A stretch of DNA of 23,403 nt, taken from Campylobacterales bacterium (GTDB lineage: Bacteria > Campylobacterota > Campylobacteria > Campylobacterales > Sulfurimonadaceae). Below the pieces are notes generated by a model that was given only the letters and a program-made list of their open reading frames with translations, did not search any database and had not been told where the DNA came from. The stretch is taken from NCBI GenBank assembly GCA_038205935.1, contig JBBRBK010000028.1, positions 1-23,403 on the forward strand. Reading direction: 5' to 3'. Position numbers and translations under genes: made by a program. Below are positions 8,996 to 19,165 of this stretch, piece after piece (position 1 is the stretch's first letter; each line of letters opens with the position of its first letter).

Positions 8996-10174
8996 TTACA
9001 TTGCGCGTCTAAACTCAGGATAAGCTTCGACACCACATTCAACGACATCCATACCTTGAAGCTGCATATCATTTTCAGCACGAAATGGAATTAATTTATT
9101 GATACTATATATAACTATATACGATACAACAAAGGCAAAAGTACCTACAACTACCACACCTTTGAGCTGATCTAAAAATGAGACCTTAGTGACAAAAATA
9201 CCAACGGCAAGTGTTCCCCAAATACCGTTTACCAAGTGAACTGAAAGCGCACCGACGGGATCATCGAGTTTGAGTTTATCAAACAAAGGAATAGCAAAAA
9301 CAACTAAAGCACCACCGATTGCGCCGATAAGTAAAGGTGTATGGATATCATACAGATTTGCACCCGCAGTGATGGCCACAAGTCCACCAAGCGCACCGTT
9401 TAAAATCATAGTGATATCAAAAAGTTTATAGCGAAAATACATAATGACACCGCCCACAATTGCACCTGCCAAACCTGCTGTATTAGTGTTCATAATAGTA
9501 AGTGCAACACTGTCAGCCATCTCTTTACTCGAAATTGAACCTACAGAACCACCATTAAATCCAAACCAACCTATCCAAAGCAAAAGTCCGCCAAGAACGA
9601 CAAGCGGGATATTTGATGCGGGAATGACTTTCATCATATCGTTTTTGTATCTGTCTTTCCGAGCACCTATGATTAAGATCGCCGCAAGAAGTGCCCAGCC
9701 TCCAGTTGAGTGAATAACAGTTGAACCTGCGAGATCAAACATATGCAATTCTAAAAAAGTACCCTTTAAAAAGTTTGCACCCCAACTGATATTCACAGCA
9801 AGCGGATAGATCACAGCGCCCATCACAACAGCAAAAATAGCAAGAGGAATCATGCGTACTCGTTCGCTCACACCACCACTAATAATATTGATAGTTTTAC
9901 CAACAAACGCCATTTGAAATAAAAATGCCGCCCACATACTGTATTCGCTTTTCATCCATGTTCCAAATGCAAGTTCATACCCAACAAGCAAGAAAGCTGT
10001 AGAAGCGACCGCGTAAATCATCACGTTTGTCGTAAGAACTGCCGTGACGTTTTTTGTACGCACAAGTCCCGCTTCAAGCATCGCAAATCCCGGTACCATA
10101 AAAATGATAAGGACCATTGAAAAGAGCATAAAAAATGTATCTATGATATATTTAAAATCTAGCTCCGCTACCAC
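8996..10174 (-). CDS. amtB: Ammonium transporter
   Basis: PGFAMLEAGLVR, DLAGSTVIH, GWFGFNGGS and DDPVGALSVHLVNGIWG (both pore histidines present). GTG start immediately after the P-II stop. Confidence 0.96.
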   Translation of the reverse strand: MVAELDFKYIIDTFFMLFSMVLIIFMVPGFAMLEAGLVRTKNVTAVLTTNVMIYAVASTAFLLVGYELAFGTWMKSEYSMWAAFLFQMAFVGKTINIISGGVSERVRMIPLAIFAVVMGAVIYPLAVNISWGANFLKGTFLELHMFDLAGSTVIHSTGGWALLAAILIIGARKDRYKNDMMKVIPASNIPLVVLGGLLLWIGWFGFNGGSVGSISSKEMADSVALTIMNTNTAGLAGAIVGGVIMYFRYKLFDITMILNGALGGLVAITAGANLYDIHTPLLIGAIGGALVVFAIPLFDKLKLDDPVGALSVHLVNGIWGTLAVGIFVTKVSFLDQLKGVVVVGTFAFVVSYIVIYSINKLIPFRAENDMQLQGMDVVECGVEAYPEFRRAM

Positions 10175-10552
<378 letters not shown>

Positions 10553-10635
10553 TTATTATTCCCGATACAAAATTTTTTTATGATTAAATTTTAAACAATG
10601 TGATATATTTCTGCAAAAAGATAAGGCAGTAACTT

Positions 10636-11109
10636 ATGAATCAAGCAACATTGGAATTATTTAGTACAAAATCAGCGGATGATATCGCAACAGCGCTCGA
10701 TATAACACTCAAAAGTAGAAATGAATCTCCATTTTGGCTAGATAAAGCCATGCCGTTTGCTAAAGCGGTACTTTCTATTTTAGTTCCCCTGAGAGAACAA
10801 AATCTTTTGTTTGATCCACAAGGAAGATTTCAAGAAAACTTAACTCCTGAACTGTTTTTAGAATGGATGGATTTTGTGAGTTTAAAGATGCTGGCTTTTA
10901 CAATCCAGAGATCAAATGAGAGTTCACAACTACTTCGAACATCTTTAAATGAAACACAGTGTTCAAGCTACAAGGCAATAGATGTCTCTGTCTTAGGAAC
11001 CTATCTCTCAAAATATAATGTCAACATGCTCGATGAATCTCTTGATTTTCCTATCGCAAACTATAACGTACACCAAGGCGTTAAAAATGTTGTAAAATCA
11101 CTTTTATAA
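10636..11109 (+). CDS. Hypothetical protein, predicted mostly helical
   Basis: 157-aa ORF with AAGG SD and host-like composition; no family recognised with confidence. Confidence 0.8.
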   Translation: MNQATLELFSTKSADDIATALDITLKSRNESPFWLDKAMPFAKAVLSILVPLREQNLLFDPQGRFQENLTPELFLEWMDFVSLKMLAFTIQRSNESSQLLRTSLNETQCSSYKAIDVSVLGTYLSKYNVNMLDESLDFPIANYNVHQGVKNVVKSLL

Positions 11110-11121
11110 AAGGAGATTTTT

Positions 11122-11553
11122 ATGCAAGAACATCAAGCTATTAAAACAAATCAATATCTAGAAATCCCAGAAATAGAGGCAATCCTTGAAGGCGTTGAAT
11201 ACGTCATAATGGCTGCACCCTCGCCTGATCATTTTAAAAATACACCCGTACATGTAACGATATTTTTAAACACGCAAGAGCATTTTTCACAAGATATAAA
11301 AGAGATGATTTTTGATAAATTTTGCCAAGACTATAAGATAACAGCCTCAGCCGAAGTGATGAGCCAACTTATGCCAGTGGGCTTTGCAACTACATCTTTA
11401 GGTTCTGCGATGCCGATGCTTTTAGTCAAAACACAAGATCAAAATGCTATCCCTCACATACCCTTACATGTAATCGATTTTCTTGGCGCTTCAGATCAGT
11501 TTGAAGAGGTCGTAGAAAAATCGCTCTCTGGCTGGACTTACGTTCGAGAATAG
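11122..11553 (+). CDS. Hypothetical protein
   Basis: 143-aa ORF with strong AAGGAG SD, 12 bp after the previous gene. Confidence 0.82.
   Translation: MQEHQAIKTNQYLEIPEIEAILEGVEYVIMAAPSPDHFKNTPVHVTIFLNTQEHFSQDIKEMIFDKFCQDYKITASAEVMSQLMPVGFATTSLGSAMPMLLVKTQDQNAIPHIPLHVIDFLGASDQFEEVVEKSLSGWTYVRE
11463..11474. repeat. Palindrome variant CTTACATGTAAT (11/12)
   Basis: Read directly; encodes LHVI in a hypothetical gene. Confidence 0.8.
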
Positions 11554-12821
11554 AGTTGCTCTATCTCGGTAACGCTCTTAGCAATCCCACAAGAGAGGTT
11601 TTCATAACCCTCTCTTGTGACTAAAATATCATCTTCGATTCTCACTGCTATACCTCTATATTTTTGCGGTAAATCCATATCATCAAGTGGCAGATACAAT
11701 CCTGGTTCTATTGTCATCACCATCCCAGCTTTAAGCGGCAGTTCTTTGCCTTTTTTATCTTTATATGGACAAGGATCATGCACGTCGATGCCCATCCAAT
11801 GCCCGATGCCATGAGGAAAATAGCGTTTGTCTTTTTCCTCTTTGATCAGTTCTTTGACATCGCCTTTAAGAATCCCCAGCGCAACCATTCCCTCACACAA
11901 AGATTCTCTAGCCATCATCTGAAGATCAGTTCGTAAGACGCCCTCTTTGATAGCTTCTATGACTTTGAGTTCAGTTTGTAAAACAAGCTCATAAATCTCT
12001 TTTTGCGCCGCGCTAAACTTACCATTCACGGGAATAGTTCGTGTGATATCACTCGCATACATCTCATACTCGCATCCCGCGTCGATTAAAATTAGATCAC
12101 CATCTTTAAGCATATCAGAGTTATTGATGTAATGCAGAGTATTTCCATTATCGCCACCCGCAATTATGGTCGTGTATGCATCACTATAGGCGCCATTCTT
12201 CTTAAACTCATACTCATACACTGCTTGGAGTTCATACTCAAAGAGTCCACTCTTTTGCATACTCATCACTTTATGGTGCGCCTCTTTCGTAATAGACAAA
12301 GCTTTTTTGATAAGTTCTATCTCTACGGGTGTTTTTATCGCTCTCATCTTTTGAGAAATTTCTCTTACATGTAGAAGTTTGATTGAACTCTTTTTTGTCA
12401 AATCCTTTACATGTAAGAGTTCTTTTTCTTCACTCAAAAGATCCAAATAAACTCTTTTTTTATCAAGCAAAATCTTTTTTAGCCTACCGTGTAAGCTTTT
12501 TGAATTATAACTCTTATCGACATCAAAACGCTCTTTAGCTTCCTCTCGTCCAAGACGTTTTCCTGTCCAAAGTTCGAGAGTCTTATCTTTTTTTTGAACA
12601 AATAAAATCTCTTTAACAGACTTTGCTCCCTTGAGTAAAACCAAAACAGCGTTATCTTCTTTAAAGCCTGTGAGATAGTAAAAATCGCTATCTTGTCTAT
12701 AAGGAAATTCAGTATCATTTGAGCGTGTTTTTTGAGTTGCACTAAAAAGCAGTGCAACACTGTTTTTTTTCATCTTAACTAAAAAATCTTCTCGTCTGCT
12801 TTTGTAGATCTGCTCATCCAT
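11538..12821 (-). CDS. pepP: Xaa-Pro aminopeptidase (M24B)
   Basis: RSNDTEFPYRQDSDFYYLTG, DAGCE, YASDITRT, HGIGHWMGIDVHD, TIEPGLY and RIEDD. Start placed at ATG 12821 (TAATG coupling). Confidence 0.95.
   Translation of the reverse strand: MDEQIYKSRREDFLVKMKKNSVALLFSATQKTRSNDTEFPYRQDSDFYYLTGFKEDNAVLVLLKGAKSVKEILFVQKKDKTLELWTGKRLGREEAKERFDVDKSYNSKSLHGRLKKILLDKKRVYLDLLSEEKELLHVKDLTKKSSIKLLHVREISQKMRAIKTPVEIELIKKALSITKEAHHKVMSMQKSGLFEYELQAVYEYEFKKNGAYSDAYTTIIAGGDNGNTLHYINNSDMLKDGDLILIDAGCEYEMYASDITRTIPVNGKFSAAQKEIYELVLQTELKVIEAIKEGVLRTDLQMMARESLCEGMVALGILKGDVKELIKEEKDKRYFPHGIGHWMGIDVHDPCPYKDKKGKELPLKAGMVMTIEPGLYLPLDDMDLPQKYRGIAVRIEDDILVTREGYENLSCGIAKSVTEIEQLYSRT
12364..12417. repeat. Two palindrome variants, CTTACATGTAGA (10/12) and TTTACATGTAAG (11/12), in pepP
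   Basis: Read directly; 42 bp apart, encoding LLHVR and LLHVK. Confidence 0.8.
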
Positions 12822-13441
12822 TATTGAAGCTCTTTTTGACAACGATCATTGAGCCAAGCATTCGTTTGTTTCATAGCATCATTGAGTGCTGATTGAAGTG
12901 CTTTTACTCCTCCATTTGCATCGAGCGAAGAGGAAGGAACTTTTTTTTCTATAGTCGTAGAGTAAAGAAGTTTTGAATTGTCGTTTTCAAGAAGTGCAAA
13001 ATGGATTTTGACTGTTACATACGAGCTTTTCATATCTTCACTAAAATGCTGAATAAACTCTCCAACACTGTATTCAAGGACATAATCTGGCTTTGCAGAT
13101 GATTTTGCTAGTAGTACATCTTTAAATATATTTGACTCCCGCACACTGCTAACAAGTGATAATTCTAATATTTTGTATGGTGCTGCTTCCCAGTTTGAAA
13201 GAGCATAACTTTCAACATTCAAATCTCCTCTTTGGTAGTAGATAGATCGTCCCATAATCGGATCATAACTCACAATATTTTTCAATTGTAACACATCATT
13301 TTTGCAAGACGGGGCATTGTAATCTTGCACAACCGATGCAACTTGCAATCTGTACTGCATGCTTGCGGGAACTTTTGTCTGTAAAGAACATCCAGATATT
13401 ATGAACACGACCAAACTATATAAAAATATTTTCTTCATCAT
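12821..13441 (-). CDS. ABC-type transport auxiliary lipoprotein (PqiC/ABC_trans_aux-like)
   Basis: Lipobox IISGC, YALSNWEAAP motif and position directly after mlaD. Confidence 0.8.
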   Translation of the reverse strand: MMKKIFLYSLVVFIISGCSLQTKVPASMQYRLQVASVVQDYNAPSCKNDVLQLKNIVSYDPIMGRSIYYQRGDLNVESYALSNWEAAPYKILELSLVSSVRESNIFKDVLLAKSSAKPDYVLEYSVGEFIQHFSEDMKSSYVTVKIHFALLENDNSKLLYSTTIEKKVPSSSLDANGGVKALQSALNDAMKQTNAWLNDRCQKELQ

Positions 13442-14403
13442 TTTTCTCCCGGACCTTTTTTAATCTCTTGCTTTTTGAACAGCATATCACTTGGACTTGT
13501 TTCATATTTTTTTAAGATGCTATCCATCTCTATCATCACATCTTGCAAAGCACCGAGCGAACTGTTAAGATTTGTCACTGTGCCTTTCGTGATATCTTTT
13601 AGATTAAACTCTCCATCATTGATAGCACGTTTAAACTCAGCCATAGAGCCTTGAATCACCTTATAACTACTTGCCACTGAAATCATCGATGCAGCAACAG
13701 TATCCGCAAAATGACCGCTTTTGTCTGCTAATTGATCTATTTTAGGAAGTGTTTGTGTGTCTAACTTTGTTGTTATACTGTCAAGATGCTCCATCGTGCT
13801 GTGGAGATGTTCTATGCTTTTATCATCAAGAAGAGTGTTAAGTCTAGTCATAAACTCATGAGACTCGGCAAGAGTCATCGTCATATTTTTTTGATTTTCT
13901 TCTTTTAAAAGCGTATTTGTTCCATCGAGTGTTCCTGAAAGCTTCTCTGTCACTTTTTCAACAGAGTTCTCAAATCTTTGAAAAAGTGATGGTTTTGAAC
14001 GTATAATCGGATATTTTTCCTCTTCATTTTTAACCAGATCTTTGGAATTTACATCGCCTAAAGAAAGATCAATGAAAACAAGTCCTGTAATTCCTTGTGC
14101 ATTAAGCGTTGCCGTCGTTGATTCTTTCACCGGAGTCGTAGCCAAGATGGAGATTAAAACCTCTATCTCCTGAGTATTTTTACTGCTTATCTTTATCTCT
14201 TCAACTTTTCCTACACTAACACCGCGATACTTAACCGGAGAGTTTATATTCAATCCTGAAACAGACTCATTGAAATAGATAAGATATTCTCTTTGTTTAC
14301 TAGAATCTGAGGGTTTCATCAGCCAATAAATAGAAAATATCATAGCAATAAGTATGGCTAAAACAACCGAGCCTATAAAAGTAAAATTGACTTTATTATT
14401 CAT
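13438..14403 (-). CDS. mlaD: MCE/MlaD family protein with helical extension
   Basis: N-terminal transmembrane helix, ESVSGLNINSPVKYRGVSVGKV and QGITG. Confidence 0.9.
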   Translation of the reverse strand: MNNKVNFTFIGSVVLAILIAMIFSIYWLMKPSDSSKQREYLIYFNESVSGLNINSPVKYRGVSVGKVEEIKISSKNTQEIEVLISILATTPVKESTTATLNAQGITGLVFIDLSLGDVNSKDLVKNEEEKYPIIRSKPSLFQRFENSVEKVTEKLSGTLDGTNTLLKEENQKNMTMTLAESHEFMTRLNTLLDDKSIEHLHSTMEHLDSITTKLDTQTLPKIDQLADKSGHFADTVAASMISVASSYKVIQGSMAEFKRAINDGEFNLKDITKGTVTNLNSSLGALQDVMIEMDSILKKYETSPSDMLFKKQEIKKGPGEK

Positions 14404-15137
14404 GTATCTGCCTTAAAAAATGTTTGTATAAACGTATTATCCATCGCAATGATATCATCTAATTTTCCCTGTGCTACGATGACTTTGTTATCAATGACAG
14501 CGGCGCGGTCAAGTGTATCATAAATCGATTTTAAATCATGTGAAACCATGACAACAGTCAAACCCAATAAATCTCGCAGTTTTAGGATAAGTTTATCGAA
14601 TTCACGAGCGGAAATCGGATCAAGTCCTGATGTCGGTTCATCCAAAAATAATAGTTTAGGGTCAAGTGACAAAGCGCGAGCCAAAGCCGCTTTTTTCTTC
14701 ATTCCACCACTTATTTGCGAAGGATAGAGATATGCATCATCTGGTTTCAAACCTACAATGTCTATCTTATATGCCACAATTTCTGAGATAAGTTTTTTAT
14801 CCAGTTTTGTATATTCTTGTAGAGACAGCGCTATATTTTCATACAAAGTCAAAGAAGAAAAAAGTGCACCGCCTTGAAATAAAACTCCCCAGTTTTTTCT
14901 CAAGTTTTGTGCATCATCATAAGAAATATTTGCCACATCTTTGCCAAAGATTTCTATAGAACCGCCACTAAGCTCTTGGAGCATCACCATCTCTCGCAAA
15001 ACCGTACTCTTTCCACATCCACTCGGTCCAAGAATCCCAAAGATCTCGCCTTCATTGATATGAAAATTAAGTCCTGCATGGACGATATTTGAACCAAACT
15101 GTGTATAAAGATCTTTTACTTCGATAGCTTTTTTCAT
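14400..15137 (-). CDS. mlaF: MlaF-like ABC transporter ATP-binding protein
   Basis: GPSGCGKS, ISGGMKK and FLDEPTSGLDP; lies between mlaE and mlaD. Confidence 0.9.
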   Translation of the reverse strand: MKKAIEVKDLYTQFGSNIVHAGLNFHINEGEIFGILGPSGCGKSTVLREMVMLQELSGGSIEIFGKDVANISYDDAQNLRKNWGVLFQGGALFSSLTLYENIALSLQEYTKLDKKLISEIVAYKIDIVGLKPDDAYLYPSQISGGMKKKAALARALSLDPKLLFLDEPTSGLDPISAREFDKLILKLRDLLGLTVVMVSHDLKSIYDTLDRAAVIDNKVIVAQGKLDDIIAMDNTFIQTFFKADT

Positions 15138-16262
15138 TTAGATACCCAAATTCGTAAAGATGATAGAAAAAACTGCGTCACAAACAATGACTGCAAAGAT
15201 AGATTCAACAACGCTTTTAGTTGTATTGATACCGATGCTTTGCGTATCATCTTTGACCATCAAACCTCTAAAAATTCCGATAGAAGCGATTAAAAAGGCA
15301 AAAAATGGCCCTTTGGCGATACCTACAAAAAAATGTTTTGCCGCAACAACTTCATTTAAACGATCTAAGAAAAGTGAAACCGAGATACCAAGATCAAGTT
15401 TTGCGACAAGCATACCGCCAAGAAGTCCAGTAATATCTGAAACAAAGATCAATAAGGGCATCATCAACATAAGGGCAATAATACGAGGAATCACTAAAAA
15501 TGCAATAGGATCAAAACCCATAGTGCGCATAGCATCGAGTTCTTCGGTTATCTTCATAGCACCTATTTGAGCCGTAAAAGAGGAACCACTGCGTCCGGCA
15601 ATAACAATCGCAGTCAGCAAGGGAGAGAGCTCTCGAAATATAGAAATTCCAAGCATATCAACTATAAAAATATTTGCACCATAAATTTTTAACTGTACAG
15701 AGGATTGATATGCCATGACCACACCGACAAGAAAACTCGTCAGCGCAACAATAGCAAATGCTTTGATAGCATTTTCATTAATCTCAAACAAAATCTCTTT
15801 ATAACGAAGTGATTTAAAATGTTTAAAAAGATAAAAAAATCCATAAGAGATCTGTCCAAAAAAAGAGAGAAATTCAACAAATTTCTTCATTCTCAAAACA
15901 ATATCTTCACCAAGGTTATCAATAAATGAAGGTTTTTTATAAGTAAACTTGTCTAAATCCAGATGCATCACATGTACTGATTTAAGTGTGTTTATAACTT
16001 GCTCATTCTTACATGTAAGAGAAAAAGCAAGTTTATTTTCGCGAAAAGATTGTTCTAAATTATTGATATAGATTGCACCTGCCGTATCTATAGAAGTAAT
16101 ATCATCAAAATTTAAAGAGAGTTCAGTTTCATTTCTAAGTTTTGACTCAAGCTCTTTTTGAAAGCTCACAAGAGTATAGAGATTTATTTCACCGGCGAGA
16201 CTAAAGTCTAACCGATTGTTAGTAAAAGAAGATGTAAAGAATAATTTTTTATTAGATAGCAT
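15138..16262 (-). CDS. mlaE: MlaE family permease with N-terminal STAS domain
   Basis: STAS-like SIDTAGA, RELSPLLTAIVIAGRSGS and EELDAMRTMG. Start moved to ATG 16262 to avoid overlap with cheW. Confidence 0.9.
   Translation of the reverse strand: MLSNKKLFFTSSFTNNRLDFSLAGEINLYTLVSFQKELESKLRNETELSLNFDDITSIDTAGAIYINNLEQSFRENKLAFSLTCKNEQVINTLKSVHVMHLDLDKFTYKKPSFIDNLGEDIVLRMKKFVEFLSFFGQISYGFFYLFKHFKSLRYKEILFEINENAIKAFAIVALTSFLVGVVMAYQSSVQLKIYGANIFIVDMLGISIFRELSPLLTAIVIAGRSGSSFTAQIGAMKITEELDAMRTMGFDPIAFLVIPRIIALMLMMPLLIFVSDITGLLGGMLVAKLDLGISVSLFLDRLNEVVAAKHFFVGIAKGPFFAFLIASIGIFRGLMVKDDTQSIGINTTKSVVESIFAVIVCDAVFSIIFTNLGI
16008..16019. repeat. Palindrome CTTACATGTAAG, exact copy 4 (in mlaE; extends to TCTTACATGTAAGA)
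   Basis: Read directly; encodes LTCK. Confidence 0.9.
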
Positions 16263-16272
16263 ACGAAAGTTT

Positions 16273-16770
16273 TTAAAAATCTCTCTCGAGTAGTTTATTG
16301 ACTTTGAGTATGGTGATGATTCTATCTGATTGTTTTCCAACACCATCGATCATAGTTTCGCTATCTTGCATCGTATCAGGCGCTGGTCCGATATCTGATT
16401 TTCTGATACGAAGTGCTTCAGTCAGACGGTCTATAACAAATCCAGCAACCTCATTTCCATCTTTCATAACGATAAAACGAGTTTCATCTGTATGTTTTTT
16501 TGTTTGGAGTCCGAATTTTAATCTCAAATCTATAAGAGGTATTACAGAACCGCGAAGGTTAAAAACACCAAGCACATATGCAGGTGTTTGAGGAACTCTT
16601 GTCCAAGAAATAGGCTTAATGATTTCTTGAATATTTAATATAGGCACACTGTACTCTTCATCGCCTATAATAAATCCAACTAATTGAACAGCATCTTCTA
16701 ACTGACTTACAGCGCCACGACTTTGCTGTTCACTCTGTTTACTGATAATATTTTGTAGTTTATCACTCAT
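16273..16770 (-). CDS. cheW: Chemotaxis coupling protein CheW
   Basis: TRVPQTPAYVLGVFNLRGSVIPLIDLR. Confidence 0.96.
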   Translation of the reverse strand: MSDKLQNIISKQSEQQSRGAVSQLEDAVQLVGFIIGDEEYSVPILNIQEIIKPISWTRVPQTPAYVLGVFNLRGSVIPLIDLRLKFGLQTKKHTDETRFIVMKDGNEVAGFVIDRLTEALRIRKSDIGPAPDTMQDSETMIDGVGKQSDRIITILKVNKLLERDF

Positions 16771-19154
16771 TATGCCAACTCCGCTTTAAACTTGATATTT
16801 CTTTGTACTACACTTGCTAGATAATCAGATGAGTAAGGTTTCGTGATATATTCTACCATTCCAGACTCAACGCCTCGCATACGATCAGATTTACTTGTAC
16901 GTGAAGTCACTGCGATAAGAGGAAGGTTTTTATATTTATTGTATTTTTTGATCTCGCCGGCTAGAGTATAACCATCCATCCTTGGCATCTCAATATCTAT
17001 AAGCATCGCATCAAAATGTGTATCACCCTGTTTTAAGATATTTAACGCTTCTTGACCATCTACGGCTTCAGTAAGAGTTATACCCATTGGTTCTAAAGCT
17101 TTTCTCATAATCGTTCTATCTGTTTTTGAATCATCAACGATCATGACATTATAATCACTCGCTTTTGTTTTTTCTTTGGATGCAGCCGCTGATTTTGACT
17201 CGATCATTGGTTTTGCTTTGACCCCTTTTGCCATCTGCATAAGTGCAGCAACATCGACAATAAGAGTCACACCGCCATCTCCACGAATGGTAGCTCCCGC
17301 AATTCCTTCCATCCCTTTGAGGTATTCTCCAAGAGATTTAATAACTATCTCTTCTTGCCCTACAAGTGAATCGACGATGAGTCCAAGTTTACTCTCTGCA
17401 AGACCAAGAACAACAACATACGCGTGTTCAGCGGCATCTATGATACGCTCAACTTCAAAAATATCGCCAATATGCACAAGTGAAAGAACATCATTTCTCA
17501 GTCTCATAACAGAGCGGTTATCCACCGTGTAAATCTCATCTTTAGAGATACGCACAGTTTCCAAAACAGACGCTAGTGGAATAGCATAATACTCCTCTTG
17601 CACACCAACTAGAAGTGCTTGAATAATAGCAAGTGTCAAAGGAATCTTCAATTTAATCGAAGTTCCACGTCCAACTTCACTGTCGATATCGATGATACCA
17701 TTGAGTTTTTCGATATTTGTTTTAACAACGTCCATGCCAACACCACGTCCAGATACGCTTGTGACTTGTGCAGCTGTTGAGAAACCTGGTCTAAAGATAA
17801 GTGCAAAAGCTTCCTTATCAGTCATTGCTTCAGCTTCTTTTTCTGTAATAACCCCTTTTTCAAGAGATTTATTTTTCAGCATAACAGGATCAAGGCCTTT
17901 TCCATCATCATCAATTTGTACAACGATATGATTACCCTCATTGTATGCTTTTAAAATGATAGTACCTGTTTCAGATTTACCAAGGGCAATACGATCAGTA
18001 ATAGACTCAATCCCATGGTCACAAGAGTTACGGATGATGTGAACTAGCGGATCGCCAATCTCTTCAACAATCGACTTATCAAGTTCAGTTTCTTCACCAA
18101 AAATCTCTAAATCTATCTTTTTATTTAACTCACGTGAAAGGTCACGAATCATACGTGGAAATTTATTGAAAACCTTTCCAATCGGAAGCATTCTTGTCTT
18201 CATAACTGCGATTTGAAGATCAGTTGTAACCAAAGAAACGATAGAAACAACTTGGTTGAGTTCTTCTAAAAATTCTTCGCCCTCATAACGCTCTTCAACA
18301 TCTACGTTGATCTTAATAAGACGATTTTTTGCAAGTACAAGCTCACCAATAAGGTTCATAAGATGGTCAAGCCTTTTGACATCAACACGAATCGTTTGTT
18401 CGACTGTCGTTGCATTACCTTTTGCAGGAGCTGCCGCTTTAGCGTCTTCAGCGTGCTCTTCAACCTGTTTTCTTGGAGGCATTGGTGGTTTTGCCACTAC
18501 TGCGTTTGCTTGCGGAGCATGAACTTCTTTTGGCTCTTCTTCATCGCCTTGTGGCATCTGTGGAACGGCTTCGCCTGCGGCTTGTTTTGCTTTTCTTTTT
18601 TTCTGATCTTCTACTTGTCTTTGTGCTAGAAGTCTCTCTATCTCAGCTTCAACCTCATCATCACTCATATTGTCATAATCAGGTTCCTCTTCCTCAAGAG
18701 ATTCTTCTAACTCTTCTTCCTCTGTTTCTTCTTCTATACTTTCTTCTTTTGGAATTTCTTCTACCGAAGTACCATTTGATTTTGCATCGAGTCTCACAAC
18801 GCACATAGAAACATCTACACCTGCATCTGCACCCGTATCACGGATCGTATTTAAAAGTTCTTTCATGAGATCAATAGACTCTAAGACCACATCCATAACA
18901 TCAGGAGAGAGTAATAAATCACCATGTCTTGCTTTATTTAAGATATCTTCCATATGGTGAGTAAGATGCGTAAGCACATCAAAGTTTAAAAATGACGAAG
19001 CACCTTTTACTGTGTGAGCTACACGAAAAATACGATTGAGAAGTTCTAAATCATGAGGATTTGTCTCCAACTCCACAAGGTCCTGATCTAATTGTTCTAA
19101 AAGCTCGAAAGATTCAATTAAAAAATCTTGTAATATCTCTTGAAATTCATCCAT
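16770..19154 (-). CDS. cheA: Chemotaxis histidine kinase CheA with C-terminal receiver domain (CheAY hybrid)
   Basis: Hpt motif FRVAHTVKG, IRVDVKRLD, HIIRNSCDHG, SGRGVGMDVV, CheW-like domain and receiver (VDDS, DIEMPRMDG, KP). Confidence 0.97.
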   Translation of the reverse strand: MDEFQEILQDFLIESFELLEQLDQDLVELETNPHDLELLNRIFRVAHTVKGASSFLNFDVLTHLTHHMEDILNKARHGDLLLSPDVMDVVLESIDLMKELLNTIRDTGADAGVDVSMCVVRLDAKSNGTSVEEIPKEESIEEETEEEELEESLEEEEPDYDNMSDDEVEAEIERLLAQRQVEDQKKRKAKQAAGEAVPQMPQGDEEEPKEVHAPQANAVVAKPPMPPRKQVEEHAEDAKAAAPAKGNATTVEQTIRVDVKRLDHLMNLIGELVLAKNRLIKINVDVEERYEGEEFLEELNQVVSIVSLVTTDLQIAVMKTRMLPIGKVFNKFPRMIRDLSRELNKKIDLEIFGEETELDKSIVEEIGDPLVHIIRNSCDHGIESITDRIALGKSETGTIILKAYNEGNHIVVQIDDDGKGLDPVMLKNKSLEKGVITEKEAEAMTDKEAFALIFRPGFSTAAQVTSVSGRGVGMDVVKTNIEKLNGIIDIDSEVGRGTSIKLKIPLTLAIIQALLVGVQEEYYAIPLASVLETVRISKDEIYTVDNRSVMRLRNDVLSLVHIGDIFEVERIIDAAEHAYVVVLGLAESKLGLIVDSLVGQEEIVIKSLGEYLKGMEGIAGATIRGDGGVTLIVDVAALMQMAKGVKAKPMIESKSAAASKEKTKASDYNVMIVDDSKTDRTIMRKALEPMGITLTEAVDGQEALNILKQGDTHFDAMLIDIEMPRMDGYTLAGEIKKYNKYKNLPLIAVTSRTSKSDRMRGVESGMVEYITKPYSSDYLASVVQRNIKFKAELA

Positions 19155-19165
19155 AAACTACTCTC

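Noticed and set aside
16263..16346. Apparent 74-bp mlaE/cheW overlap (and similar N-terminal extensions of pepP and tonB)
   Set aside because: Artefact of longest-ORF start choice; downstream ATGs at 16262, 12821 and 8938 fit better.
16770..17160. Receiver domain fused to CheA
   Set aside because: The CheAY hybrid is standard in Helicobacter and Campylobacter relatives.
18480..18780. GAA/GAG-rich low-complexity stretch in cheA
   Set aside because: Ordinary acidic linker between the Hpt and dimerisation domains.
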